Origin: Bythopirellula sp.
Lineage (GTDB): Bacteria; Planctomycetota; Planctomycetia; Pirellulales; Lacipirellulaceae
Reading direction: 5' to 3'
DNA length: 64,000 nt
NCBI GenBank assembly: GCA_965216565.1
Contig: OZ244170.1
Span: 4,768,001 to 4,832,000 of the forward strand
The notes beneath the pieces are model-generated. The model made no database searches. It saw only the letters and a program-made list of their open reading frames with translations, and was not told the origin of the DNA. Of this stretch, positions 1 to 10,367 are shown one piece after another. Both the position numbers and the translations under genes were made by a program. How positions within the stretch are numbered: the first letter of the stretch is position 1; each line of letters begins with the position of its first letter.

Positions 1-1518
1 GGAGACAGTTTCGAATCGAACTTATTCCGAGCACGACAGATGGCTCAGTTTTACCTCGTCTGGGGACAGTCTGAGAGCCAAATGCTGCCCTACGCCTTCC
101 CGTACTTGAATATGATCTTACGGGCAGGAAACGAGGAAAGGATACCACCGGCTAGTCCCAACCTGATATGGGCCAAGCAGCAAGCCGCCAATTACCTGGT
201 GGGGACGAATGATTTCAAGAATACAGGCAAGGCACTGGAGATTATTCGACAAGGTTCTCCGGATGGAGAAATCGCTGAGCCTCTCCTGCCCTTGTATCTT
301 CGCATACTTCCATCCCGGGGAGACCCCGAGTCGTTGCTGGAATCGATCGACATGCTTGCCAAGCTCTACGAGCAAGGCAGGCTCGACAAATCGCAGCAAC
401 TTCTATTGGCTAAGCTCTACGAACGGACCCATCGTTGGGAACAGGGCAAGGACCTGATGCTCAACACGCTGAGCCGATATGGGACGGACGAGGAAGTTTG
501 GTCTACGTACATCAGTTTGTTGATCAAGCAAGGTGAGTATTCGACCGCCAAGGCGCGTATTAATCGATTTTCGGACATCACAAAGAATCGCGGGCTGATT
601 GCCAATTTGAGTGCTTCGCTTGCCTACGAGCAAGGAGATCAATCAGGCGTTCAACGCGCGCTACGTTCGATTCTTCCGTCGAAGTTGTCGGGTGCTTTGA
701 GTGATGCGGAACTCGGAGCGATCCGATCTGTGGCAGGCATGGCCATGAAGTATGGGGAGTACGAGTTTGCAGAAAAATTGCTTCGCCTGTACGTCACGCG
801 CAAAAATCCTGAGGGTATCTTCGAACTCATCTCAGTCCTTGCCTTTCATGGCAACGCAGAAGAGGCATTGCAATACATGGAGAAGGCGGTCTCGGCTGAA
901 CCCATGCAGGTGGCAAGAATTGCGATGCAAGCGCTTAGAACTCGCCGCAATGAACTCGATCAAGCAGTGCTCGATCGACTATGGGGCCTAGTCCAAAAAG
1001 TTGTTGCTGAGGATCCAGAAGACCCAGTCCGCGTCATGATGAAGGGCGAAGGATTCGAGACTCTTGAGAAGTATGAAGAAGCAATCGCAGCCTACGACTC
1101 AGCAATCGAGAACTCAGATATTTCGCCGCAACAGAGAGCGATTGCCAGCAATAATCTTTCCTACTTGCTTGCTCAAAAGGGGCAGAGGCTTGAGGATGCG
1201 GAGCGTCTGATTAGCGATGCCGTCGATATATTGGGTCCCTTAGCCGACATCTTGGATACTCGCGCCGTTGTTAGAATAGCCAGGGAAAAATACGACGAGG
1301 CCATTGAGGACATGGAGCTAGCATTAGCTATCGACCCCACCGCCTCGAAGTACTACCACATGGCCCGTGCACAGGCCCTTGCCGGCAACGAAGACAAGGC
1401 CGTCGAAGCCTGGAACCAAGCCAATGAAATGGATATCTCCAAGGAGGATCTGCCGAAATTGGAGCAACCGGGTTACGACGCAACAGAACGGCTAATCAAG
1501 AAGATTCAAGCTCAATAG
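1..1518 (+). CDS. Large tetratricopeptide-repeat (TPR) protein, 5'-partial
   Basis: The frame is open from base 1 with no stop before the ATG at 40. Helical TPR-like repeats include ASNNLSYLLA, ILDTRAVV and YYHMARAQALAG. Confidence 0.85.
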   Translation, partial: GDSFESNLFRARQMAQFYLVWGQSESQMLPYAFPYLNMILRAGNEERIPPASPNLIWAKQQAANYLVGTNDFKNTGKALEIIRQGSPDGEIAEPLLPLYLRILPSRGDPESLLESIDMLAKLYEQGRLDKSQQLLLAKLYERTHRWEQGKDLMLNTLSRYGTDEEVWSTYISLLIKQGEYSTAKARINRFSDITKNRGLIANLSASLAYEQGDQSGVQRALRSILPSKLSGALSDAELGAIRSVAGMAMKYGEYEFAEKLLRLYVTRKNPEGIFELISVLAFHGNAEEALQYMEKAVSAEPMQVARIAMQALRTRRNELDQAVLDRLWGLVQKVVAEDPEDPVRVMMKGEGFETLEKYEEAIAAYDSAIENSDISPQQRAIASNNLSYLLAQKGQRLEDAERLISDAVDILGPLADILDTRAVVRIAREKYDEAIEDMELALAIDPTASKYYHMARAQALAGNEDKAVEAWNQANEMDISKEDLPKLEQPGYDATERLIKKIQAQ

Positions 1519-1719
1519 ACTCGTGTTTCTCGCGGCTATTACAGTCTGTTCGCAATTGGGTTCGATTTGAACTAGAATTTCAACTTGCCAGCAATCATGC
1601 TCCATTTTGGGGGCGCTACCGGTTGCGGCTCTGGATTCGACGGAATCGGAACCGCGTAGAATTCGTAGTGCCAGGCAAGTCTTAGCAACGTAACGCTCTC
1701 GTTAGGGAATCACAGACCC

Positions 1720-2964
1720 ATGAAAAGTTCGATCCTGCCGCTATTTCAGGCAAACCTAAGGTCCCTATTTCTGATTGGTTTTGCAGTAAGTCTTTGCACT
1801 GCAGATCTTTTCGCTCAGTTGCCGGCGCAAGATCCCGCTGCACTGAGGGCGACCTATGGCCGAGGAGTGCATGCCTATTTCAGAGGGCAATCTTTGCAAG
1901 CCGACAGGTTGCTTTCTGAGGTCGTCCATTCGGGATCCACCGACCCCCGAGTATTTTATTTCCGAGCCATGGCACGCATGCGTTCGGGCCGTACTTATGA
2001 AGCAGAGAGCGATATGCAAATCGGTGCCGCTCTGGAAGCCAGAAATCCCGGTCTAGGAAGCACGATCAGTAAGTCGTTGGAAAGAGTTCAAGGCACGCAC
2101 CGCAGAAAACTGGAGCAATATCGGCGTCAAGCTCGTGTGCAGCGAGTCGACGATCAGCGGCAACAATCGACCACTCGCTACGAACAACTCAGAGACCGTG
2201 AACCAACCGTGCTTCGTCGCGAAGTCGATGTCCCCTTAGAGCAACTTACCGGCCCAGGGCTACCGACGCCTGCCGTCACGCCAGGACCGGCGTCTTCTAC
2301 GCCGCCTGCAGGCCAGAAAGCTCCCGCTGCAGATCAGCAGTTTGACGACGACCCATTCGGCTCGAAAGAGCCTCAAAGTTCGGAGGCCGGTTCGGAGGCC
2401 GTCGAAGAGGAAGGCGATCCGTTCGGTACCTTCGAAACTCCCGCCGAAGAAGCCGAAGAAGAATCAGAAGGGAATATCTTTGACGAACCAGAGTCAGCCC
2501 CGGCAGAAGATGACGACGATCCCTTTGCCACGAACGAAATCGAATCGGCAGATCCCTTTGGCAATAGTAACGCCGTAAGAACCGAAGAATTCGAAGCTGA
2601 AGTCGCGACTTCCGGAAAAGTGAAGCCCAGCAAGTTGATGGGAATCTTAGGCCGCGTGGTCGGCAGCGCCATGCCGTGGCAGGGTGTCGAAATACCACAG
2701 ATGCCAATTCCGGGCGTCGGGCCTACCCCCGAAATCCGTGTTGCTCAGGTTCCTGAGAGCGACGAGATTGCCCTGGGGCCATTTGAGGACGACACGAACG
2801 TAATATCCGCTTCTGCGACTGAGCCCGCCTCTGCAACCGAGCCCGATCCATTTGGAGAGTCGAGCCAGTTAGAACTGGAAGATCAAGACTCCTCCATCCA
2901 GGAAGCGAGCTTCGAAGATGTCGAAGAAACCGAAGAGTTTGACGATCCGTTTGGAGATTTTTAA
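1720..2964 (+). CDS. Secreted hypothetical protein with an N-terminal TPR-like domain and an acidic disordered tail carrying DPF repeats
   Basis: Signal peptide (..TADLFA/Q), YGRGVHAYF..DPRVFYFRA helical domain, and repeated DDDPF/GDPF/ADPF motifs. Confidence 0.8.
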   Translation: MKSSILPLFQANLRSLFLIGFAVSLCTADLFAQLPAQDPAALRATYGRGVHAYFRGQSLQADRLLSEVVHSGSTDPRVFYFRAMARMRSGRTYEAESDMQIGAALEARNPGLGSTISKSLERVQGTHRRKLEQYRRQARVQRVDDQRQQSTTRYEQLRDREPTVLRREVDVPLEQLTGPGLPTPAVTPGPASSTPPAGQKAPAADQQFDDDPFGSKEPQSSEAGSEAVEEEGDPFGTFETPAEEAEEESEGNIFDEPESAPAEDDDDPFATNEIESADPFGNSNAVRTEEFEAEVATSGKVKPSKLMGILGRVVGSAMPWQGVEIPQMPIPGVGPTPEIRVAQVPESDEIALGPFEDDTNVISASATEPASATEPDPFGESSQLELEDQDSSIQEASFEDVEETEEFDDPFGDF

Positions 2965-3024
2965 TTTTTCCCTAAGCGTTCCGAGAATCTCTATCTATTC
3001 TCACTCAACGTTTCTACGAGAATC

Positions 3025-3642
3025 ATGGACAGATTGCTGCTGATAATCTTAATGGGGCTCACCGTTCTCGGCTGCGATTCCCCGCGAGCCTCACTCCCTC
3101 CCAGACGCATTGATACGACAACGCCCGAAGGCCAGTTCGATTGGATCATGCAACGTCTCGAGCGGGTCGTGCTCGATTTCAGCTCAGGGGAACGGTCTGG
3201 ATTGAGGATTGGTAAGCGAACCCTGGATCACGAGCTGTTCCCTCCCAACGACGAGATTTCCTACTACACAGCCAAAGTGACTGTCTCATCCGAGAAGGGC
3301 TACGTGCCGGAGAAACCTTTGCCGCTGATCGACAAAGAAGAAATCAAAGAGAAGCGCCGTCGGGCGATGAGAAGATTCAATAAACAAGCAGGTCTGGAAG
3401 ACGAGGAAGAAGAGTTCTTCGATCCCATCAAGAAAAGATTTGATACAGAAATGGAAGACATCGCGGCACGCCGTGGCGGGCCGATTCAGAGCAGTGTGGA
3501 TATTGAAACGCCTGTCTTAACGGACGTGGCCGTCTATGAGCTGGCCTACCAAGACGACCGTTGGCAATTGCAGACCGAATTGGAAACCGAGTACGAGCAA
3601 CTCTGGTTCGAGTACGCCCTGGGCCCCGAGGCGAGTGACTAG
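3025..3642 (+). CDS. Hypothetical lipoprotein
   Basis: 205-aa ORF with a hydrophobic N-terminus ending in the lipobox LTVLGC. Confidence 0.75.
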   Translation: MDRLLLIILMGLTVLGCDSPRASLPPRRIDTTTPEGQFDWIMQRLERVVLDFSSGERSGLRIGKRTLDHELFPPNDEISYYTAKVTVSSEKGYVPEKPLPLIDKEEIKEKRRRAMRRFNKQAGLEDEEEEFFDPIKKRFDTEMEDIAARRGGPIQSSVDIETPVLTDVAVYELAYQDDRWQLQTELETEYEQLWFEYALGPEASD

Positions 3643-3653
3643 CGGCCGTTCGC

Positions 3654-4679
3654 CTAACGCCCGTTGGTAGACGCAGTTTCTAAGTTACCTTGTCGGAATG
3701 CCTCTGCCATGGCCTTTGGCACTTCGGCTCGTGCCAAGAAGACAGCCGCTCGATTTTCGGCAACCTTGGCTTTCATTTCCTGTTCGTGAGCAATGGCATT
3801 AGCACGTCGTTGCTCAGCCAAGGCCTGGGCCTTGCGTGTATCTGCCTCCGCTTGATCTGCTTGCAGTCGGGCACCAATGTTTTCTCCGATATCGATGTCG
3901 GCAATATCGATCGAAACAATTTCAAATGCCGTGTGTGCGTCTAAGCCACGTTCAAGCACAGCTTTGGAGATGCGGTCAGGATTTTCCATCACCGCAAGAT
4001 GATCTTCTGCGGATCCGATCGAAGTGATAATGCCTTCGCCAACCCGGGCAATGATCGTCTCTTCGGTGGCCCCGCCGATGAGTTGCGATAAGTTGGTGCG
4101 GACAGTCACCCGAGCACGAATTCTAAGCTCTACACCATTTCGGGCGACAGCGCTCAGGGTTGTCTTAGGAGATTTTTCTGGGTCGGGACAATCAATTACT
4201 TTTGGATAGACGCTTGTGCGAACGGCATCTAGCACATCGCGGCCAGCCAAATCGATTGCGGCAGCACGGTCGAAGTCGAGGTCGATGTCTGCACGCTGGG
4301 CGGCGATGATGGCATTGATAATCCGAGGAACGTCACCACCAGCCAAATAATGCGCTTCAAGACGACGTGTCGTTATACCCGTGTTGGGATCCGTGCCAAC
4401 GCCGGCCTGCATCGCCATAATTTTCCCCTCGACGATCGTACTCGGCCTGACTTGCCGCAGGCCCATCCAGATGAGTTCGAGCCAGCCGACTCGGGCGTTC
4501 GACATGTAGGCTTGTAGCCAAAGGGTGAAATACTTCAGAAGAAATACAGCCATCACAATCAAACACATGATCGCAACAGCACCAAAGAACAATCCGGCAA
4601 TCCAGCCGTAGTTCAGTTCAGCAAACAGAATCTGGGGAGTCAGATTGGCGAAGTCTGATAGCTGGATGGACGAAATCAT
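3654..4679 (-). CDS. floA: Flotillin-like protein FloA (YqfA/UPF0365)
   Basis: N-terminal TM helix plus the family motifs [36 protein letters not shown] and [29 protein letters not shown]. Confidence 0.95.
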   Translation of the reverse strand: MISSIQLSDFANLTPQILFAELNYGWIAGLFFGAVAIMCLIVMAVFLLKYFTLWLQAYMSNARVGWLELIWMGLRQVRPSTIVEGKIMAMQAGVGTDPNTGITTRRLEAHYLAGGDVPRIINAIIAAQRADIDLDFDRAAAIDLAGRDVLDAVRTSVYPKVIDCPDPEKSPKTTLSAVARNGVELRIRARVTVRTNLSQLIGGATEETIIARVGEGIITSIGSAEDHLAVMENPDRISKAVLERGLDAHTAFEIVSIDIADIDIGENIGARLQADQAEADTRKAQALAEQRRANAIAHEQEMKAKVAENRAAVFLARAEVPKAMAEAFRQGNLETASTNGR

Positions 4680-4983
4680 TTATGTTTCCTCGTTACCCGA
4701 TGCATCTGCCGGGAAGGCGGAATTGTGACAGCAGTCGTCTAAGGACACTACTATCATAGTGAAATTCTCAGCGCGGCAACACCTTCAATCGCCTCCGAGC
4801 AAATCGACACTTGCCATCGCCGGCGTCAAGGCCAAGGATGGTAGTGAGATTCACAGATAATCGACGGGCAAATGTTGGAGAATAGCCTGAAATCGAGTCG
4901 TGTTTTCAAGCTGAAGTATCTCTCAATCTCAGTATCTCTCAATCTCTGTACGATATCACCAAGCAATGAAGGGAATTATTATC

Positions 4984-5601
4984 ATGAGAACCGCCCTAGG
5001 ATCTTGCACGTTGTTGTCCGCGATCTTGTGCCTACCGCAGGTGTCGGTTGGCGAGATGTTCGTCATCGACAATTCGCATACCTCAGTCATTTTTGGAGTG
5101 AGCCATTTCGGCTACAGCTACACATACGGTCGATTCAATAAGGTCAAAGGTGGTTTTAATCTCGATAAGGGAAATCCAGCCGCCAGTCAGTTCCAGATTG
5201 TGATCGATGCTACTAGTATTGATAGCAACGATCAAAAGCGAGACGAGCACCTCAAGGGCCCCGACTTTTTTAATGTGAAACAGTTCCCGGTCATCAACTT
5301 TCAGAGTACCGGAATCAACATCGAGTCGAGTGAAAAAGGCCAGATGTACAACATAGCGGGCAAACTCACCATGCACGGCGTTACGAGAGACGTGGTGCTA
5401 CCTGTGGAGAAACTCGGTGAAGGCAAGGGACCCTATGGGAAATACCGTAGTGGTTTTTTGTGTCAAACTAAGCTCAAACGTAGTGATTTTGGAATGACAA
5501 ACATGGTTCCCAGCATTGGCGACGAGATTGCCGTTACGGTGAGCTTCGAAGGAATTCGCCAAGAGGCTCCTGCTGCCGCTCAGTCAGCCATTCCTCAGTA
5601 A
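4984..5601 (+). CDS. YceI family lipid/polyisoprenoid-binding protein
   Basis: Signal peptide; IDNSHTSVIF, GRF, RDEHLKGPDFF, GKLTMHGVT and KRSDFGM motifs. Alternative start at 4966. Confidence 0.92.
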   Translation: MRTALGSCTLLSAILCLPQVSVGEMFVIDNSHTSVIFGVSHFGYSYTYGRFNKVKGGFNLDKGNPAASQFQIVIDATSIDSNDQKRDEHLKGPDFFNVKQFPVINFQSTGINIESSEKGQMYNIAGKLTMHGVTRDVVLPVEKLGEGKGPYGKYRSGFLCQTKLKRSDFGMTNMVPSIGDEIAVTVSFEGIRQEAPAAAQSAIPQ

Positions 5602-5616
5602 ACAAGCGAGGAAGCT

Positions 5617-6591
5617 TTGATTGATATACCGACCGTCTTCTGGGGCGGCGTCGTGCCCGCGATTGTGGCAGGCGGATGCGTTGCGTTGATTTGGAAATAC
5701 CGATCCCACGCGTCCGCGGCCTGGCTCGTTGGGCTGTCCGCTGGCTACCTCGCGGGGCACCTGGGGCTCGACTTTGCTGCGCAGATTGAACTCGACCGAG
5801 GTTTTGGTGGGTTGAAGATCGCGCTGCTGAAAGTGTTTCAACCCGCTGAGGCGCGAGATTGGTTGCCGGCGCTAGTCGTCACAGCAACGGCCATAGAACT
5901 TCTTGCTCTGGTAGATATCAAAGCCGCCAAGGTTGCCTGGGTGTTGCGTATTACGTTGTGTCTATTCTTGCCATGGGTATTGCTTCGCGGCAGCGTTTAT
6001 CTTCCCAACCAACAACTCGATTTTGGGTTCGAGACAGGAGCGTGGAGTGCAGTCGAAGCCACAACCTGGCTGGGTGGCACTGCGATGTTGCTGTTTGCGC
6101 TTTGGAGTTCGGCAAAGATGGTCGTGGACGGGTCTCTGTGCCGACTCCGGGGCTCGTTGGCAACTCTAGTGGGATTGGGGGCGACGGGGACGATCGCGCT
6201 TTCGGGTTCACTTACGACGGGACAATTGCTGGGAACCCTAACAGCGTCTTTGGTAGGCTGTGGGATAGCCGCAGGCGCGTTGAAAGTGCCCCGTGGCCCG
6301 GAGGTCGCAGCAGGGCCGATAGTTGCAATATTTGGAGGAGTCTTGGTAATTGCCAAGTTCTTACTCTCGCCCGAACTTGCTGCTAGTTCTTCGGTACTGC
6401 TGGTGTTAGCCATGGCCGCTGCGATCGGCTGGGTTGGCCCTGCGAATGTGGCTGCCAAGCGCACTCAGTTCGCTCTACGCGCATTGATCTGCGTTCTCTG
6501 TTTGACGCTAGTCGTTGTGCCAGCAGCAAGAGAATTCGCCGCTTCCCAGGCTGCGGAGGAATCGAACCCCTACCAGAGTTTTGAACCTTAG
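5617..6591 (+). CDS. Hypothetical integral membrane protein
   Basis: 324-aa ORF with about 10 hydrophobic segments, 15 nt downstream of yceI. Confidence 0.75.
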   Translation: MIDIPTVFWGGVVPAIVAGGCVALIWKYRSHASAAWLVGLSAGYLAGHLGLDFAAQIELDRGFGGLKIALLKVFQPAEARDWLPALVVTATAIELLALVDIKAAKVAWVLRITLCLFLPWVLLRGSVYLPNQQLDFGFETGAWSAVEATTWLGGTAMLLFALWSSAKMVVDGSLCRLRGSLATLVGLGATGTIALSGSLTTGQLLGTLTASLVGCGIAAGALKVPRGPEVAAGPIVAIFGGVLVIAKFLLSPELAASSSVLLVLAMAAAIGWVGPANVAAKRTQFALRALICVLCLTLVVVPAAREFAASQAAEESNPYQSFEP

Positions 6592-6622
6592 AGCTTAAAC
6601 TGCTTGGGGACTTGAGAATGAC

Positions 6623-7432
6623 CTAGAGGTCGAGGGCATCATCGCCAGCGGACTCGTCGGTGTCAGATTCTTCTGCTGCGAAATCCTCTTCCTCGTCTTG
6701 TGCCTCTTCGCTGGTAGGATCGTCTTCGACGGGACTGGACTCAGCCATATCTCCAGCAGCTGATTTGAGTTCAGGGAACAGTGCAGCATCGATCTCAGGA
6801 AGCATCAGTCTTGCAAAATCAACTGCTACGTTATCATCGACCGTCAATTCTTCCGTCGTGACTTGGCTTGTGAAATAGAGTTTGTAGAGAGCAGGCTCAA
6901 CCATTGTAAAGTAGAAGCGAGCGTTATCGGGTGCTTCCCACTTTTTAGTGTCTGGGTGATTCCACGCCCAATAGACCCGCAATGTTTGGCGAACTGTGGC
7001 GTCTTCTTTTTGGTACTTGCTGGTGAAGAAATCAGCGGTCCGATCGTCTGCGTACGATACCGAATGCTGGAGTTTCTCGCTTTGAGATCGAAAACCGGCG
7101 CTCGGATAGCAGATGTCAGGAGTATGTCGAATGATATCGCGAGAGTGGCCAACAATCAGCCATAGGTTCACTGTTTCGTTTGTCACACTGTTCTTGTAGT
7201 TCCTGCTCACGAAACTTACTGCACCGGAACGCTCTTGAACTTCCTTTTCAACGGGCATGTCGACGCCGGTCCAGTCGCCAATTTTCTTGGGAACTCCTGC
7301 GAATCGTTTGCCTAGTTCTGCAGCTTCAACACCGGGCTCTCCCCAGCGATCTTTTAGGTAGACGCCTTCGACGACCGTCACCACAGAAATTAGTACGGCA
7401 GTGATAGCCGCGGCTACATAGAGATTTTTCAT
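6623..7432 (-). CDS. Exosortase-associated EpsI family protein (DUF3485-like)
   Basis: N-terminal anchor, P..IGDW.G.D, SRNY, HTPDICYPSAGF and VYWAW..W.AP motifs; lies near the exosortase gene. Start set at MKNLY (7432). Confidence 0.8.
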   Translation of the reverse strand: MKNLYVAAAITAVLISVVTVVEGVYLKDRWGEPGVEAAELGKRFAGVPKKIGDWTGVDMPVEKEVQERSGAVSFVSRNYKNSVTNETVNLWLIVGHSRDIIRHTPDICYPSAGFRSQSEKLQHSVSYADDRTADFFTSKYQKEDATVRQTLRVYWAWNHPDTKKWEAPDNARFYFTMVEPALYKLYFTSQVTTEELTVDDNVAVDFARLMLPEIDAALFPELKSAAGDMAESSPVEDDPTSEEAQDEEEDFAAEESDTDESAGDDALDL

Positions 7433-7657
7433 AGTCAGGACCAAGTGTCTAGAATCGGCGGAGTATGGGGGCCCGGAGTAGATCGAGTGGGCCCGCGTGG
7501 GCGAGATGGAGATCACCGCCCACTAATCTCACGGTAGGCGCGAAGTCCCCGAGTGTCAACACTCAGGGACGTCCGCAGTTGCTGGCTGCAAAGAGAAGCC
7601 GAATTCTAGCCCTGGAGGCATATTCAGCGTTTCAGCTAGGAGCACGAGTCAAATGCC

Positions 7658-7685
7658 TAGTCGGAGGCACACTTGCCTCCGGATA
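7658..7685. repeat. REP-like palindrome, TAGCCGGAGGC family, copy 1
   Basis: TAGTCGGAGGCACACTTGCCTCCGGATA, matching the copies at 38756 and 60549. Confidence 0.75.
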
Positions 7686-7728
7686 CCAGTCGACCGTTCA
7701 AAGGTCCGCTGCCCAGCTATCTAGGTGC

Positions 7729-8484
7729 TTAGTTAGCTAAAGCCACGGTAGTAGCCGATCGATAGCCGGGGCGGCGAATGCCCCTTCGCTGTGAAGGAGT
7801 GGGCCGCATCGTCTGCGACAGCTTTTGTAAGCTTGCCGGCAGGGAGGGAGGTCCCGAGGCAGGCAGCTGCGGCGTAGTTGCGGCAGGCTGCTTTACGGTC
7901 TTGGGAGCACGCATCCTTTGGTTGATATCGCTGAACGGATCAAAATCATCCAACGGCTCTTCTTCAGGCAGCGGAGCATCTTCTGCCGGTGCTTCTGCTT
8001 CTGGCAAATCAAAGCCATCCAGTCCACCGGGCTGCGCCACAGGTTGCTGAGGTTCTGCAGCAGGGATTTCTCCTGGAACGGGACCGCCCAAGTCTTGGCC
8101 GGCTCCACCTAGAGGATCAGAGATGATCGCCCCGCCATCGCTCTTGGGCTTCTTCTTTCTAGATTCGGGAGTCTCGGCTCCGCGTAGCGCTTCCTTTTCA
8201 GGAATTGGAGTTTCGTAGGGTTCCAGCATCAATTGCTCTTGTTTTTCTTCCTCTTCTTGAGTGGATTGTTTGGAATCGATCACATCTCCCGGCCAGGGAC
8301 GCCATCGCGTTTGCGAGTGGCCCCAAGGTCCCTGAGGACGGCAAGTACCGTCCGCTGCACAAGGGCAGGGAGTAGCAGGCTGGCAGTCCAGGGCGTTGAC
8401 CTCAGTTTCACATGCCAGACCCAGCAGTGTTACGAAGAAGCCAATCAAAATAACGTTTTTGAATTTCCCCAATAGGCGAGACAT
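7729..8484 (-). CDS. Secreted Pro/acid-rich hypothetical protein with a Cys cluster and WGHSQTRWRPWP motif
   Basis: RBS GGGAGG precedes the ATG at 8484. Signal peptide, C-x5-CxC-x5-C segment, then a low-complexity tail. Confidence 0.7.
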   Translation of the reverse strand: MSRLLGKFKNVILIGFFVTLLGLACETEVNALDCQPATPCPCAADGTCRPQGPWGHSQTRWRPWPGDVIDSKQSTQEEEEKQEQLMLEPYETPIPEKEALRGAETPESRKKKPKSDGGAIISDPLGGAGQDLGGPVPGEIPAAEPQQPVAQPGGLDGFDLPEAEAPAEDAPLPEEEPLDDFDPFSDINQRMRAPKTVKQPAATTPQLPASGPPSLPASLQKLSQTMRPTPSQRRGIRRPGYRSATTVALAN

Positions 8485-8602
8485 CGCTGCTAGCCCTCCC
8501 TTTGAATCAATGTTTATCACGATCTATTTAGTTCCACTCTTCGTGCGACTCCGAAATTAGCAGGCCCCTAAATCGAGACCTCCGCAAGAGTCAGCAACAG
8601 GC

Positions 8603-9667
8603 TTAAAATGTGTTACCCAATCCGAATCGAACGATACGGTTACCCATGGAGGTGCCCAGGGATACGAATCCGAAGATGGACTCGAAGGGTCGAATCAGGT
8701 TTGCAACCGCCGCTGTGGCACGGTTGTACTTGTTTTCTGCAATGAAAAGTCGATCGCCGGGCAACATCTGGTAATTGGTTGCGGTGGATGCTCCCCGCGT
8801 AATTTCCTGCCAGTCGACGGGTAGTATCTGCTCGCATCCCATTCCGTTCGGTGCAGGTCGGGCAATCCAAAGTCTTGTAGAGGAGACTTGTGAGATTCCT
8901 CCGATGGCTGCCACTGCGTCGAGAACAGTTTCGTTACCGGTGATTGGGGCTCGAACAACATTGTCGCCGAAGCCGCCACCCTGTGTCACGATGTAATAGA
9001 CTTTGCTGTTATAAGCCAACACATCGACAAACACCTCGGGATCTTCGAGTTCGAGGGATAGCTGTTCCTCGATCGCCTCGCGAGCTTCTTCTAAAGTCTT
9101 GCCCGCAACATAAACCGAGCCATAAGTGGCCAGGTTGACCCGTCCATCAGGACCGACCAGGTGCTGCCCTGTGACTGCTTGGGCCCCAGAGGATTGAACT
9201 AGCGAAACTGAGACATCCACCTCGGATAGAATCTGAGATAAGTAAGAACGGATTTCGTCCTCCGCTTCTTCAATGGTCAAATCAACAATCTCGATGCGGC
9301 CGTAACGAGGGCCCAAGTTCACACTGCCATCGGCATCCACCGAGAAGGCATCGTCAATCGGATATTCTGGAAAGGCACCCGAGACACGTACGAGCATCAC
9401 ATCGAAGGTCTCGATCCGATGGGGAGACTTGGGAACCAGCTTGACGCCCTCGATCAACAGAATGTCTGGTGGTTCGACGACGTATCGCGGTAGCGTGACC
9501 TTGTCCAATTCACGAGGCACCAAGCTCTCAGCCGGCGGCCCTGGTGGATTGGCGGGATAGGGGGACCTCGGTTCCAGGAAGGACGTGCATCCCGTGGTTG
9601 CCACTACGAGGGCAAGTATCGAAAATGCCGTGGCCAGTTTTTTACAAGTTGTGATAAGCGGCTTCAT
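8603..9667 (-). CDS. Polysaccharide biosynthesis/export outer-membrane lipoprotein (Wza-like)
   Basis: Lipobox-like ATTGC, YVVEPPDIL, two Poly_export repeats (VDADGSVNLG, VGPDGRVNL..YGSVYVAG), SLBB (TVLDAVA..GG) and YQMLPGDRLF. Confidence 0.9.
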   Translation of the reverse strand: MKPLITTCKKLATAFSILALVVATTGCTSFLEPRSPYPANPPGPPAESLVPRELDKVTLPRYVVEPPDILLIEGVKLVPKSPHRIETFDVMLVRVSGAFPEYPIDDAFSVDADGSVNLGPRYGRIEIVDLTIEEAEDEIRSYLSQILSEVDVSVSLVQSSGAQAVTGQHLVGPDGRVNLATYGSVYVAGKTLEEAREAIEEQLSLELEDPEVFVDVLAYNSKVYYIVTQGGGFGDNVVRAPITGNETVLDAVAAIGGISQVSSTRLWIARPAPNGMGCEQILPVDWQEITRGASTATNYQMLPGDRLFIAENKYNRATAAVANLIRPFESIFGFVSLGTSMGNRIVRFGLGNTF

Positions 9668-10367
9668 TGTCGCGTCTCGTTTCGTGGAATCGAGGTTTAC
9701 CTGTGACTCTCCAGCGCAGGAATTGCAAACCGGCAATCTCGCCCTGAGAGTCATAGTCCTTGTAATCGGTAAAGTTTGACATCGACTTTGGGCTGTCTGC
9801 CGGGAAAGCGGAATTTCCTGCAATCAGTGCTCTTTGCCCGCTAGCATTGCCTGCTAAGAACCACGCAGATTCGCTTCGCGTATGCATATTGCGATGCGAA
9901 CATTCGCCGGATTCCCAGCCGCAGCGGACGGGCATTGCTGACGCCGGAGCAGGTTGAATGATCCCGACTACAGAGGAGCGGTTTGAATCGAGCGGAATTA
10001 GCCCTGGGCGGCTGGACGCAACCCTATTGATTCAGGGACTTTGCGGCGTTTTGTTTAGCGTCCGACTCATTGACAGATACTTCATCTAAGCATATTCTCA
10101 ATTAGATCAGATCGCTTCTGCGAGCGGCCCCTAAGAGATTAGCTTGCCTAGGCTACCAATGGCATGGTCCGCTGTGTCGACGCGACGATAACCTGCTGAA
10201 TTCCAGGCTTCGGCCCTTTTCACAAGATGCGAGCAGGAATAACGGAACATTTTCGCTACCGCTGGCATCTAAGTCCTGCGGAAGCCAAGTATTCAGATAG
10301 CAAAGTTGAGATAGACGTCCATCACGGTATTTCGGCTGTTTTCAGCAGAGATTGAATAGAACGAATC

